The notes below the pieces were generated by a model. The model saw nothing but the letters and a program-made list of their open reading frames with translations. It searched no databases and was not told where the DNA came from. This document shows positions 1 through 9,857 of a DNA stretch of 64,000 nucleotides, piece after piece; position 1 is the first letter of the stretch, and every line of letters starts with the position of its first letter. Source of the stretch: an uncultured cyanobacterium (GTDB taxonomy: Bacteria > Cyanobacteriota > Cyanobacteriia > Cyanobacteriales > CAWCAG01); NCBI GenBank assembly GCA_963793425.1, contig CAWCAG010000007.1:288001-352000 (forward strand), in the 5' to 3' direction. Position numbers and translations under genes: made by a program.

Positions 1-38
1 AAGGTGGTGCTTTTGACGGAGATGATGGCTCTGATTAG
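1..38 (+). CDS. 3' end of an upstream gene; frame 3 reads ...GGAFDGDDGSD* (possible double-glycine precursor peptide)
   Basis: Open frame 3..38 ending in TAG, followed by a hairpin at 85-115. Frame 1 (KVVLLTEMMALIS*) is also open, so the frame is uncertain. Confidence 0.35.
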   Translation, partial: GGAFDGDDGSD

Positions 39-84
39 TTAAAAGATTTTTTTAAAATTGATTGAGATTAAAATGTCTCTTATC

Positions 85-120
85 AGGAAGCGAAATCGTG
101 AAAATTTTGCTTCCTTTCTT
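85..120 (+). terminator. Stem-loop / intrinsic terminator
   Basis: AGGAAGCGAAA...TTTTGCTTCCT followed by TTCTT. Confidence 0.55.
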
Positions 121-163
121 GGTATGAATAGAAGATGGATTGCAATTCAGCATCAGAAACTAG

Positions 164-1342
164 ATGGAAAATTCTCTCGTTACATCTGTGATCGCAGAAA
201 TTTTATCTCCTTATGAATTAGCAGAGTTTTTTGAGGAATATTGGACACTGAAGAGTGTTTTCATTCCGAATAATGGTCGTCGCTTCAAGCAGATTTTTTC
301 TTGGCAAAAACTCAATGATATACTCAACTTCCATGAGTTTGATTATCCTTCTCTACGTTTAGCAAAAGACGGGGAAGTTTTACCTCCCAAAGAAAATGCT
401 CAATTCCTGAAACATTGTCAAGAAGGAGCAACTTTAGTAATTGATCGGCTACATAAATTAGTTCCTGAAGTAGCCCATTTCGCCGCAGCAATTAAGGAGG
501 ATTTAGGCCATCCTTTGCAGGTTAATATGTATTGTTCTTGGCCACAAGTGCAAGGTTTCAAATGTCATTATGATACCCACGAAGTATTTATTCTCCAAGT
601 AGATGGTTGCAAAGAATGGCATATTTTCGCTGATACAGTTAAGTACCCTGTAAAAGAAGAGAAATCATCTGCCCATCATCCCCCCGACAGCGAACCTGTT
701 TTAAGCTGTATCTTAGAACCGGGAGATGTTCTTTATATTCCCAGAGGGCATTGGCATTATGCCAAAACAGTAGATAAACCATCTTTACATCTCACTTTAG
801 GGATACATTGTTTAACCGGAATAGACTTTTTGCAGTGGTTAACACAACAGCTTCAAGAAGAACAAGAGTGGCGAATTAATTTACCTATACTTAATAACAG
901 AAATACCACTTCTCTGGATAAACATTTAGAAGGCTTGACAGATAATCTAACTACTTATTTACAAACAGGTAAGCCGACTATTGAATATAGTGAATATCTC
1001 GCTAACTCAGAAAATCTTATTCCTAAATACGCTTTTCCTTATCAAGCTGGTTACCAAATTTTTGCTCAAGGTATTAATACTAAGTTTATACGACCAAAAT
1101 ATCAGCGATCGCAGATTGTTGAATTACCAGAACAGCAAGGTTATCAAATCATAGTTTGGCATAAAGAAATTACCTTGAAAGGTGTACCAAAATCTTTTGT
1201 TGAGCAACTATTTAAGCAAGAAAGTTTTACTGGTGCAGATGTCGCTAGTTGGTTGCCAGATGATTTTGATTGGGAATTAGATATTGCACCTACTTTGCGA
1301 CGTTTAGTTACAGAAGGAATTATTTTCGTAGCTAACACTTAA
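164..1342 (+). CDS. JmjC/cupin_4 Fe(II)/2OG-dependent hydroxylase
   Basis: HYDTHEVFILQVDGCKEW and LEPGDVLYIPRGHWH give the HxD...H facial triad; SLHLTLG motif. Confidence 0.85.
   Translation: MENSLVTSVIAEILSPYELAEFFEEYWTLKSVFIPNNGRRFKQIFSWQKLNDILNFHEFDYPSLRLAKDGEVLPPKENAQFLKHCQEGATLVIDRLHKLVPEVAHFAAAIKEDLGHPLQVNMYCSWPQVQGFKCHYDTHEVFILQVDGCKEWHIFADTVKYPVKEEKSSAHHPPDSEPVLSCILEPGDVLYIPRGHWHYAKTVDKPSLHLTLGIHCLTGIDFLQWLTQQLQEEQEWRINLPILNNRNTTSLDKHLEGLTDNLTTYLQTGKPTIEYSEYLANSENLIPKYAFPYQAGYQIFAQGINTKFIRPKYQRSQIVELPEQQGYQIIVWHKEITLKGVPKSFVEQLFKQESFTGADVASWLPDDFDWELDIAPTLRRLVTEGIIFVANT
1105..1112. repeat. HIP1 octamer GCGATCGC (one example; many copies across the window)
   Basis: Recurrent GCGATCGC throughout, a cyanobacterial hallmark. 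Confidence 0.9.
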
Positions 1343-1493
1343 ATGAAATGAACAGTGATCAATAAATATACTCAAAAAACAAGGTCGATAATTTCCCTGA
1401 AGCTAATTGCCAAATAATTGCATTAAGATTGAAGTTAAGATTTACTTAACAGTCCTTGTTCAACCTCAAACGAAAAATCAAACCTCAATAATC

Positions 1494-2501
1494 ATGACTC
1501 CTTTTTTCTGTGCCAACCTATCTCGCCAACGAGGAGAAGACATCATCGGCAGCGCTCCTGCTTACCAAACTTACATAATGGTAGAATGCCCCTATCCTTG
1601 GACAGGAAATGCCTTTGAATCTCCAGGAGTTCCCGACAATTTAAGGGCATTGGTAGCAGAAGTTAAGAAAGCCAAGTTACCTATTCGCTTTCTTTTAACC
1701 TTACCCCCTCAACCAGATCCAGAAAATCTGACGCAGGTATTAATTTTCCAAAGACAACCAGGACTAGCCCCAGGTTATAGAAAACAAGAAATCAGGGTCA
1801 GGAACATCAGTGAGGTTGCACCCCTCTTAAACAAATACTTAACACCAGCAGGAAGGCAAATTGAAGGGGAAGTAAGCAAAACCAGAGACTTTTTCGTTTG
1901 CACCCACGGCAGCCATGACAAATGCTGTTCTCGTTATGGTTATCCTTTCTTCCGCCAAGGTGTAGCTATGGCGGAGAAGTTAGGTTTGAAAGATGTACGC
2001 TTTTGGCAAGTAAGTCATATTGGGGGGCATCGCTTTGCCCCTACCTTAATCAGCCTTCCTGATGGTAGATATTATGGCGCTTTAGACGAAGAATCTTTAC
2101 AAGCAATCCTTTTGCATCAGGGAGATATTACTTGCTTAAGCCGAGTTTATCGAGGTTGGGGGCTTTTACCTAGAAAAGTCCAAGTTTTAGAAAGAGAATT
2201 AATTTTACGTCACGGTTGGCAATGGTTGCCTCATGCCGTTAGCTGCCGCATCCTCAAAGAGTTCCCCGAACAGAATTTAACCCAAGTAGAATTGTTGTAC
2301 CAAACTAGCAACGGAGAGACTTTCGTTTATCGAGGAGATATTACCGAAGATGAAAGTAAAACTCTGACTATGCAGGGTTCTTGTCAGGGAGACAAAGCAT
2401 CAACTTTTATTAAATATACTGCTATCAATATTCGTCAGCTACCAAAAGTAAAATCTCTAAATCATCTTCCCTCTCTAACCAGAATTGAGAAATCAGCTTA
2501 G
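1494..2501 (+). CDS. Sucrase/ferredoxin-like (thioredoxin-like 2Fe-2S) protein
   Basis: FVCTHGSHDKCC and SHIGGHRFAPT motifs; ATG at 1494 preferred over TTG at 1407. Confidence 0.85.
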   Translation: MTPFFCANLSRQRGEDIIGSAPAYQTYIMVECPYPWTGNAFESPGVPDNLRALVAEVKKAKLPIRFLLTLPPQPDPENLTQVLIFQRQPGLAPGYRKQEIRVRNISEVAPLLNKYLTPAGRQIEGEVSKTRDFFVCTHGSHDKCCSRYGYPFFRQGVAMAEKLGLKDVRFWQVSHIGGHRFAPTLISLPDGRYYGALDEESLQAILLHQGDITCLSRVYRGWGLLPRKVQVLERELILRHGWQWLPHAVSCRILKEFPEQNLTQVELLYQTSNGETFVYRGDITEDESKTLTMQGSCQGDKASTFIKYTAINIRQLPKVKSLNHLPSLTRIEKSA

Positions 2502-2546
2502 CTTAACCAATTTAGCTTCTTCAACAAATCTACAAAAGTTCTTAAA

Positions 2547-2581
2547 CCCTGCTCCCTACTCCCCACTCCCCACTCCCTACC
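2547..2581. repeat. STRR-type heptamer tandem repeat, 5 units of CCC(T/C)(A/G)CT
   Basis: CCCTGCT CCCTACT CCCCACT CCCCACT CCCTACC. Confidence 0.8.
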
Positions 2582-2624
2582 CTAACAGATAAGTCATGCA
2601 ACTCAGCACCAATTTAGCACAAAT

Positions 2625-3683
2625 CTACCGACGATTAAATTTCGACCGAATACCCAACAAACCGAAAAACATTAGTAAACCAAAGGTATGAGATGATTCA
2701 GGTACTGATTTTGTCTGCTGAGTTGCAATAAATCTCGCCATGTCTTCACCAATAATCTCATGAACACGACGGGTTGGGTGATATTCATCCCAGAAGTAGT
2801 ACTCATCGGGTTCTGAACAAACTGGTTCAACAGGAAAAACAGCCTGGCAAGGATCATCTATGTTGCTTAAACCATAATTTTGGGGATTGGCGCGGATTTC
2901 GTCACTAATAGCAACATGATCGTATAAAGCAATTTCAACATCTAACTGCTGAGTAATTTTTTCTAATTCTCCAAGAAGAAGATTGTTAACCAAGTCTGTA
3001 AACAAAGCGGCTTGATCAACTTGCCCAAACTCAATCACACCAGGAAGAATATCAAGATCGGAAGAATTGACAACAAGAAACTGCTTTGCACCCAATGCTG
3101 CTAAATCAGACACACCTTCTATAATATTATCTACGGTTTGGGCTGCTAGTTCTTCAATTGTTCCAGGTAAGCCGAAGTCTGCATACTCAAATGCGTCATT
3201 TGCTGAGGCGAAAATAAAGTACAAAGCATTTGGATCAGCAGCTTGCCCAGAAATTTCTGTGGTGAATTGGTCAATTTGACCAAATACTCCGGTATCTTGG
3301 AAAGAATCTAGCCAGTTGTAGTAGTTTCCATTGCCGCTTTTCGCACCCCCAACTGCGTAATTAGTCAAATCAACCTGAAGGTTTTGAGACAGTACCTCAA
3401 CCGCTGTTATTCCATTTGTCCAACGTCCTTCGGCATCATAAAGCCCAAAAGCTGGATCGGCGGGTAAAATAAACGAACCAGGTACACCTGCATTCACAGC
3501 TTGAGTTGAGATTTCAAAAGCTGTACCATCTTCTGAATAGCTGTCTCCGTAGGCATAAACTTGAGAAATTGAGCCAAAGGAAGCAGCATAAGCGTGGGGA
3601 GTTTGTATAGCAATACTACTAAGGGAAAGAGCTACACTAGCAAGGGTAAATGTAGGTACACTAAAATAAATTTCTTTAAGCAT
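2625..3683 (-). CDS. SGNH/GDSL hydrolase with signal peptide and PEP-CTERM tail
   Basis: GDSYS block, NYAVGGA, FWDEYHPT catalytic DxxH; C-terminal VPE + TM + RSKFNRR. Confidence 0.85.
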   Translation of the reverse strand: MLKEIYFSVPTFTLASVALSLSSIAIQTPHAYAASFGSISQVYAYGDSYSEDGTAFEISTQAVNAGVPGSFILPADPAFGLYDAEGRWTNGITAVEVLSQNLQVDLTNYAVGGAKSGNGNYYNWLDSFQDTGVFGQIDQFTTEISGQAADPNALYFIFASANDAFEYADFGLPGTIEELAAQTVDNIIEGVSDLAALGAKQFLVVNSSDLDILPGVIEFGQVDQAALFTDLVNNLLLGELEKITQQLDVEIALYDHVAISDEIRANPQNYGLSNIDDPCQAVFPVEPVCSEPDEYYFWDEYHPTRRVHEIIGEDMARFIATQQTKSVPESSHTFGLLMFFGLLGIRSKFNRR

Positions 3684-3777
3684 AATAAATCACGGGGTTA
3701 AAGTGTGAATTAGCTTACCATGCTTTATAGAGTTCAATAACTATTGACACTCCCCAGCCCAAAAGTAGGACTGTTTC

Positions 3778-3978
3778 ATTAAAGTAATTCATGCTTAATT
3801 TGATAAACAGTTTTACCTCTACCATAGGCAATCTGCTTGAGTCTAAGCAAAGCTAAAACAGCACAATTTATGTGATTTCTTTGAATCCTATGCTTGGCGA
3901 CATTGACAAAAATTAATCCTTGTTAATTGCTTTGCAACTCTTGTGGAACGCCTCAATCTTCCAACGGATGTCACACTC
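3778..3978 (-). pseudogene. Frameshifted C-terminal relic of an IS701-family transposase
   Basis: Minus-strand translation across two shifts: ECDIRWKIEAFHK / KQLTRINFCQCRQA / RIQRNHINCAVLALLRLKQIAYGRGKTVYQIKHELL*. Confidence 0.7.
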
Positions 3979-4224
3979 AAAAAGTCAAGAAACTAGGGGT
4001 TAGCTTTTCAGAGCTTAAATAACGATTAATCAAGTCATGACTTACTTGTTTAATATGATTAGCTAGATTCGTGATTATGTGGTTTTTCTAGCTTGCCAAT
4101 ACCTATTGGTAATATTCTAGTTGGCTATACTTTTATCTTACTACTTAATATAACATGGGAGGAAAGGCTCTGAATTTGGGATATTTTAGGTAGGATCAAT
4201 GATTAATGGGAAAGGATCTAGGAT

Positions 4225-5355
4225 ATGAATTATTGGTTAAGGGGGGTTGGGAGTAATTTTAATCTACCTAATACTCTTCAGGTAAGTACAGCTTTATTAT
4301 TAGCTACTATTACATTTCTTACTTTACTACTTATTATTGGTCTCTCTTATCTCCAGCTTCCTAGATTTGTTAAAGTTGTAGCGAAAAGCTTAACTTCAAA
4401 TGAAGAGCAAGATATTTATAAAAACATTATTCTTCCTTACCAAAACTGGTTGACTTGGGCAATTATTTTGACTATTGTTGATGTCATTCTTCTTTCTCTT
4501 CCTATACCAGAATCTTTAAAGATTTTAGAATTTCTTTTAGGATTAGTAGCGACTTTAAACATCAGCTTATTAGGCTTTAAGCTACTTGGAGAATTATTTG
4601 ATCATTATCTATTAGAAGCAGCCTTAGAAAACCAGCGCAAAATTAATAGTGAGTTAATTGTCCTAGCTAAATTTATTTCTAACGCAGTAGTAGCTTTAAT
4701 TTTAATCTTTTTATTTGCTCAAGTACATCAAATTAATTTATTTGGCTTAATTGCTAGTTTGGGTGTAGGGGGTGTAGCGATCGCCTTTGCTTCTCAAAAA
4801 GTCTTAGAGCAAATTTTATGGAGTATAGTTCTCTATATTGACCGCCCTTTTACCATTGATGATTATATTCATTTACCTGATTCTACCCTAGGCCGCGTAG
4901 AATCTATTGGTTGGCGTTCTACGAAAATTCGTCTTTCTGGAAAGAATACTTTAGTTATTGTTCCTAACAGTCAACTTGCTCAAAGTAGTATTGAGAATAT
5001 GAGTAGGGCGAGGAGAATTATTTCGATCGCTAACTTAACTTTATTTAGGGCTATGTCCCCAGAAGAGAAAGCCCTAATTCATCAACTTATTATTGATAGT
5101 ACTACAGATATTTTAGGTATTGATCATCGCCTCACTCAAGTTTCTTTTCAAGATGCTAAAGATGCAGCAGACCAAGATTATGTTCAAGCGCAACTAATAT
5201 TCTATATACTCGGAGCCACAGAGAATTCAATGGATTTAAGAAAAGATTTATTGGAGATTGCCAGGGAAAATATTATCGAGCAATTACAAGATCATGACAT
5301 TGAATTTATCCTGGAAGAAAATACCCTCGATATAGCTCAACCAATGAATATTTGA
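4225..5355 (+). CDS. MscS-family mechanosensitive channel
   Basis: LGVGGVAIAFASQ, DRPF, GRVESIGWRSTKIR, IVPNS. Confidence 0.9.
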   Translation: MNYWLRGVGSNFNLPNTLQVSTALLLATITFLTLLLIIGLSYLQLPRFVKVVAKSLTSNEEQDIYKNIILPYQNWLTWAIILTIVDVILLSLPIPESLKILEFLLGLVATLNISLLGFKLLGELFDHYLLEAALENQRKINSELIVLAKFISNAVVALILIFLFAQVHQINLFGLIASLGVGGVAIAFASQKVLEQILWSIVLYIDRPFTIDDYIHLPDSTLGRVESIGWRSTKIRLSGKNTLVIVPNSQLAQSSIENMSRARRIISIANLTLFRAMSPEEKALIHQLIIDSTTDILGIDHRLTQVSFQDAKDAADQDYVQAQLIFYILGATENSMDLRKDLLEIARENIIEQLQDHDIEFILEENTLDIAQPMNI

Positions 5356-6506
5356 TGGGAATAATTATGCCGAGTTTTAGTTTGGAATCATTACAACTAA
5401 ATGAAGAAATTCAAAATTTTCTTCTTGAGTTAGTTGGTAGAATGGCTTTATTTGTCCTTAGTGCTATATTAGCTCCTCTATTCGGCAGAATGTTACCTTT
5501 CCTATTCTGGTGGACGCTCCAATTCACTCAGAAATTTTTACCTTTAGATGTGACTAATGTTTATAGCGAATTTATTAAACCCGTAAGAAATTCTCTTATA
5601 ACTGTAGGAACTTTTGTTTTTATTGCTATTTGTTTGAATATACTGGAAAAATATCAAGTACTTTACCAATTTTTAAGTTTTTTTATTTATTTGGCTTTAG
5701 CAATTAGCATTGCTTGGTTTACTTCAAGAATAACCCAAAGATTAATTCGTATTTATGTTGTTAATTTAGTACAGGGTTCTGGCGGAGAAGTCAATGAAGT
5801 TATCTTAGTTTTTGAAACCTTAACTAATGTCATCATTATTATGTTCGCGGTAGTAATCTTTGCTCAAGGATTACAACTAAATTTAGTAGCTATATCCGCT
5901 AGTGTTGGTATTGGTGGTGTTGCAGTTGCTTTTGCGGCTAGGCAAGCCCTAGAGCGCTTAGTTGGCACTTTAGAATTATTTCTTGATCGCCCCTATCAAC
6001 CAGGAGAATATATTCAGGTTAATTTTAATCCCTACGGCGAAGATGTTTATGGTCGTGTAGAATCAATTGGTTTACGTTCTACTAAAATTCGCACAGCAGC
6101 TAGAAATACTTTAATAATTGTTCCCAATTCGATTATGGCAGGGAAACATATTGAGAATATTAGTAGGGGAAAAAAGGTTATTGCTATGCTCTATTTCGAC
6201 TTTTCTCGAAAGTTAAATAAAAGTGAGCAGGCATTGGTGAAAAGGGTTGTGATTAAAAGTACGGATAACTTTTGGGGTATTGAGAAAGCGAATACAAGAA
6301 TTCGCTTTTCTGAGCTTCAAGAAAAAGAAGTAACTCAAGGGAGAATCAACTTTTTCCTGACAAGCTCTGGAGAAGACTCTCTAAGGTTACGCAAGCGCCT
6401 ATTAGAGTTGGCTAATCAAGAAATCTCTCGCCAGTTGTTAGATTATAATATAGATTTTTCTATGCCAGAACCAGTGGTTTATATAGATTCACCTATGACT
6501 ATTTAA
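5355..6506 (+). CDS. Second MscS-family channel, coupled to the first
   Basis: VGIGGVAVAFAA, DRPY, GRVESIGLRSTKIR; start overlaps the upstream stop (TGATG). Confidence 0.9.
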   Translation: MGIIMPSFSLESLQLNEEIQNFLLELVGRMALFVLSAILAPLFGRMLPFLFWWTLQFTQKFLPLDVTNVYSEFIKPVRNSLITVGTFVFIAICLNILEKYQVLYQFLSFFIYLALAISIAWFTSRITQRLIRIYVVNLVQGSGGEVNEVILVFETLTNVIIIMFAVVIFAQGLQLNLVAISASVGIGGVAVAFAARQALERLVGTLELFLDRPYQPGEYIQVNFNPYGEDVYGRVESIGLRSTKIRTAARNTLIIVPNSIMAGKHIENISRGKKVIAMLYFDFSRKLNKSEQALVKRVVIKSTDNFWGIEKANTRIRFSELQEKEVTQGRINFFLTSSGEDSLRLRKRLLELANQEISRQLLDYNIDFSMPEPVVYIDSPMTI

Positions 6507-6646
6507 TAGCTACGGGAGTTAGGGAGATTTTTACTTTAATATTTTCGCCCAAATATTAAAGTAATTGTTTTGATAACTTAACTACGAGTTAGAGTTAAGT
6601 TATCAAGTATCGAAAGCCTCTGGAATTGAGAGCAAAAGGAGGGAAC

Positions 6647-8014
6647 ATGGGCATCGCAACGGTTAATCCGGCTACGGGAGAAACACTTAAGGAATTTACA
6701 GCTTTAACGAAAGAAGAAATTGAACAGAAATTAGCTTTCGCCCAAGAAACCTTCCTCAAGTATCGCCAAACCACCATGAGTCAGCGGGGGGAATGGTTAA
6801 ATAAGGCAGCGGATATTTTGGAAAACCGCAGTGCTGAGTTTGCCCAAATTATGACCATGGAAATGGGCAAAACCCTGAAAAGCGCTACCGCAGAAGCGAA
6901 AAAATGTGCTTTAGTTTGTCGCTACTATAGTGAAAAAGCAGAGGAGTTTCTTGCCGATGAACCTGCGGCTACCGATGCAAGCCGTAGTTTTGTACGCTAT
7001 CAACCCTTGGGGGCAATCCTGGCGGTGATGCCTTGGAATTTTCCTTTCTGGCAGGTATTTCGCTTTGCTGCCCCAGCTTTAATGGCGGGGAATGTAGGTT
7101 TACTCAAACACGCTTCTAATGTCCCTCAGTGCGCCTTAGCCATCGAAGCAATCATTACTGAAGCCGGTTTTCCGCCGGGAGTCTTCCAAACTCTTTTAGT
7201 CGGTGCAAAGCAAGTTGAAGCAATTATTAGTGATGAGAGAGTTAAGGCTGCCACCTTAACTGGAAGCGAAGCTGCTGGGGCTAGCTTAGCAGCGGCGGCG
7301 GGGAAACATATTAAGAAAACGGTTTTAGAATTAGGAGGAAGTGATCCTTTTATCGTCCTTGAAAGTGCTGATCTTGAAGCAGCAGTAGAAACTGCCGTAA
7401 CAGCCAGGATGTTAAATAATGGTCAATCTTGCATCGCTGCTAAACGCTTTATCCTTCATGAAGCGATCGCAGCGGAATTTGAAGAAAAACTATTAGCTAA
7501 GTTTAAGGATTTGCAAGTGGGTGATCCGATACAAGAAAACACGGATATTGGCCCCTTAGCCACTCCCAGTATTTTGACAGAATTAGACCAGCAAGTACAA
7601 GCCTGTGCTAATCAAGGAGCAAAAATTCTCATTGGTGGCAAGCCCATCAAAGATCGCCCAGGTAACTTCTATCCCCCCACCCTCATTACTGCTATTCCCC
7701 CCGGTACTCCTGCCGATACCGAAGAGTTTTTTGGCCCTGTCGCTTTACTGTTTCAGGTTAAAAATATTGACTCTGCCATTGAATTAGCAAATTCTACTTC
7801 TTTAGGTTTGGGGGCTAGTGCTTGGACTAATAATAAGGCAGATTGCGATCGCTTGATTAATGAACTCGAAGCCGGGGCAGTTTTTATCAACGGCTTAGTA
7901 AAATCAGATCCCCGCCTCCCCTTCGGAGGTATTAAACGTTCTGGTTATGGTCGAGAATTGAGTGTTGAAGGTATTCGCGAATTTGTCAACATCAAAACAG
8001 TTTGGGTTAAATAA
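6647..8014 (+). CDS. gabD: Succinate-semialdehyde dehydrogenase
   Basis: ALDH motifs MPWNFP, LELGGSDP, NNGQSCIAAKR, EEFFGP, PFGGIKRSGYGRE; GGAGG RBS before ATG 6647. Confidence 0.88.
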   Translation: MGIATVNPATGETLKEFTALTKEEIEQKLAFAQETFLKYRQTTMSQRGEWLNKAADILENRSAEFAQIMTMEMGKTLKSATAEAKKCALVCRYYSEKAEEFLADEPAATDASRSFVRYQPLGAILAVMPWNFPFWQVFRFAAPALMAGNVGLLKHASNVPQCALAIEAIITEAGFPPGVFQTLLVGAKQVEAIISDERVKAATLTGSEAAGASLAAAAGKHIKKTVLELGGSDPFIVLESADLEAAVETAVTARMLNNGQSCIAAKRFILHEAIAAEFEEKLLAKFKDLQVGDPIQENTDIGPLATPSILTELDQQVQACANQGAKILIGGKPIKDRPGNFYPPTLITAIPPGTPADTEEFFGPVALLFQVKNIDSAIELANSTSLGLGASAWTNNKADCDRLINELEAGAVFINGLVKSDPRLPFGGIKRSGYGRELSVEGIREFVNIKTVWVK

Positions 8015-8165
8015 TAAAGCTCAAAATGTATAACTTATGTTAAAAAGGGTAAATTAACATTACCGTTGAAATTTTCCTTTGCTGCGAAGTTGGGGAATTT
8101 GCAGCAATACCAAGCCCGATTCGATAAAAATACCATTTAAACATTAAGTCTTAGGGGAGAAAATC

Positions 8166-9815
8166 ATGGGGGAAATGAATGCGGCTGAACTATTAGTTCA
8201 ATGCCTAGAAAATGAAGAAGTGGAATATGTTTTTGGGCTGCCTGGAGAAGAAAACCTGGACATCTTAGAAGCCCTGAGAACTTCTTCAATTAAATTCATT
8301 ACTACCCGTCATGAACAGGGGGCCGCTTTTATGGCTGATGTTTATGGTAGGTTAACCGGTAAAGCTGGAGTTTGTCTTTCTACCCTTGGCCCTGGGGCAA
8401 CCAACCTCATGACGGGAGTAGCTGATGCAAACCTTGATGGGGCCCCTTTAGTAGCCATTACCGGGCAAGTAGGTACTGACCGGATGCACATCGAATCTCA
8501 CCAGTATCTCGACTTGGTGGCAATGTTCTCTCCGGTAACTAAATGGAATAGCCAAATAGTCCGCCCCAGTAACACTTCAGAAATTATTCGTAAAGCTTTC
8601 AAAATTGCCCAAGCCGAAAAGCCAGGGGCTGTTCATATCGATTTACCAGAAAACATTGCTGCGATGCCTGTGGGGAAAGCAACTCCCCTCAATAAAGATA
8701 GCCGCGAAACTACTTACGCTTCCTTTCGCAGTTTCAATCTTGCTGCTGAATATGTCTCTAAAGCCAAGAATCCGCTTATTTTAGTAGGTAACGGTACAAT
8801 TAGAGCCAATGCAGGAGAAGCCTTAACAGAATTTGCTACCACCTTAAATATTCCTGTAGTTAATACCTTTATGGGGAAAGGAATAATTCCTTACACCCAC
8901 CCCTTAGCCATGTGGACAATTGGTTTGCAACAGCGGGATCGCATTAGCTGTGCTTTTGATCAAACTGACTTAGTAATTGCCATCGGCTATGACTTAATTG
9001 AATATTCTCCGAAAAAATGGAACCCAGAAGGCAATATTCCCATTATCCACATCGGCGCAACTCCAGCAGAAATTGATAGTAGCTATATTCCTTTAGTAGA
9101 AGTTGTAGGAGACATTGCTGATTCCCTTGATAATATTGTCAAGCGTGCCGATCGCCAAGGCAAACCCACCCCAGAAGCCTTAGAATTGAGGGTAGAAATT
9201 CGGGAAGAATACGAACGCTACGCCAACGATGACGGATTCCCTGTCAAACCCCAAAAAATCATTTATGACCTCAGACAAGTAATGGGGCCAGAAGATATTG
9301 TTATTAGTGATGTGGGGGCCCATAAAATGTGGATGGCTAGACATTACCACGGCGATCGCCCCAACACTTGTATCATCTCCAACGGCTTTGCTGCCATGGG
9401 CATTGCGATTCCTGGGGCTTTAGCAGCTAAATTAGTGCATCCCCACAAAAAGGTAGTGGCAGTGACTGGAGATGGGGGTTTTATGATGAACTGCCAAGAA
9501 TTGGAAACAGCACTGCGGGTGGGTACTCCTTTTGTAACTTTGATTTTCAACGATAACGGTTACGGCTTAATTGAGTGGAAACAAATCAACCAATTTGGGC
9601 AAGCAGCCTTTGTTGATTTCGGCAACCCTGATTTTGTTAAGTTTGCTGAAAGTATGGGTTTGAAAGGTTATCGCGTTGAATCAGCCCAAGACTTGATTCC
9701 CACTTTGAAAACCGCTTTAGAACAAGATGTTCCTTCAGTAATTGACTGTCCTGTAGATTACAAAGAGAATCTGCGTTTTTCTAAGGTTGCAGGAGATTTG
9801 CATTGTCCGATGTAG
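8166..9815 (+). CDS. ogdA: ThDP-dependent acetolactate-synthase-like enzyme, most likely 2-oxoglutarate decarboxylase
   Basis: FGLPGEEN, RHEQGAAF, GDGGF...N ThDP motif; directly follows SSADH as in the cyanobacterial TCA-shunt operon. Confidence 0.78.
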   Translation: MGEMNAAELLVQCLENEEVEYVFGLPGEENLDILEALRTSSIKFITTRHEQGAAFMADVYGRLTGKAGVCLSTLGPGATNLMTGVADANLDGAPLVAITGQVGTDRMHIESHQYLDLVAMFSPVTKWNSQIVRPSNTSEIIRKAFKIAQAEKPGAVHIDLPENIAAMPVGKATPLNKDSRETTYASFRSFNLAAEYVSKAKNPLILVGNGTIRANAGEALTEFATTLNIPVVNTFMGKGIIPYTHPLAMWTIGLQQRDRISCAFDQTDLVIAIGYDLIEYSPKKWNPEGNIPIIHIGATPAEIDSSYIPLVEVVGDIADSLDNIVKRADRQGKPTPEALELRVEIREEYERYANDDGFPVKPQKIIYDLRQVMGPEDIVISDVGAHKMWMARHYHGDRPNTCIISNGFAAMGIAIPGALAAKLVHPHKKVVAVTGDGGFMMNCQELETALRVGTPFVTLIFNDNGYGLIEWKQINQFGQAAFVDFGNPDFVKFAESMGLKGYRVESAQDLIPTLKTALEQDVPSVIDCPVDYKENLRFSKVAGDLHCPM

Positions 9816-9857
9816 AAAATTTTCACTTTTTGTCTCAGGATGGGCAAGTAGAACAAC

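Noticed and set aside
1..38. AFDG as a cyanobactin follower motif (AYDG-like)
   Set aside because: No PatA/PatG proteases or YcaO enzymes in the window
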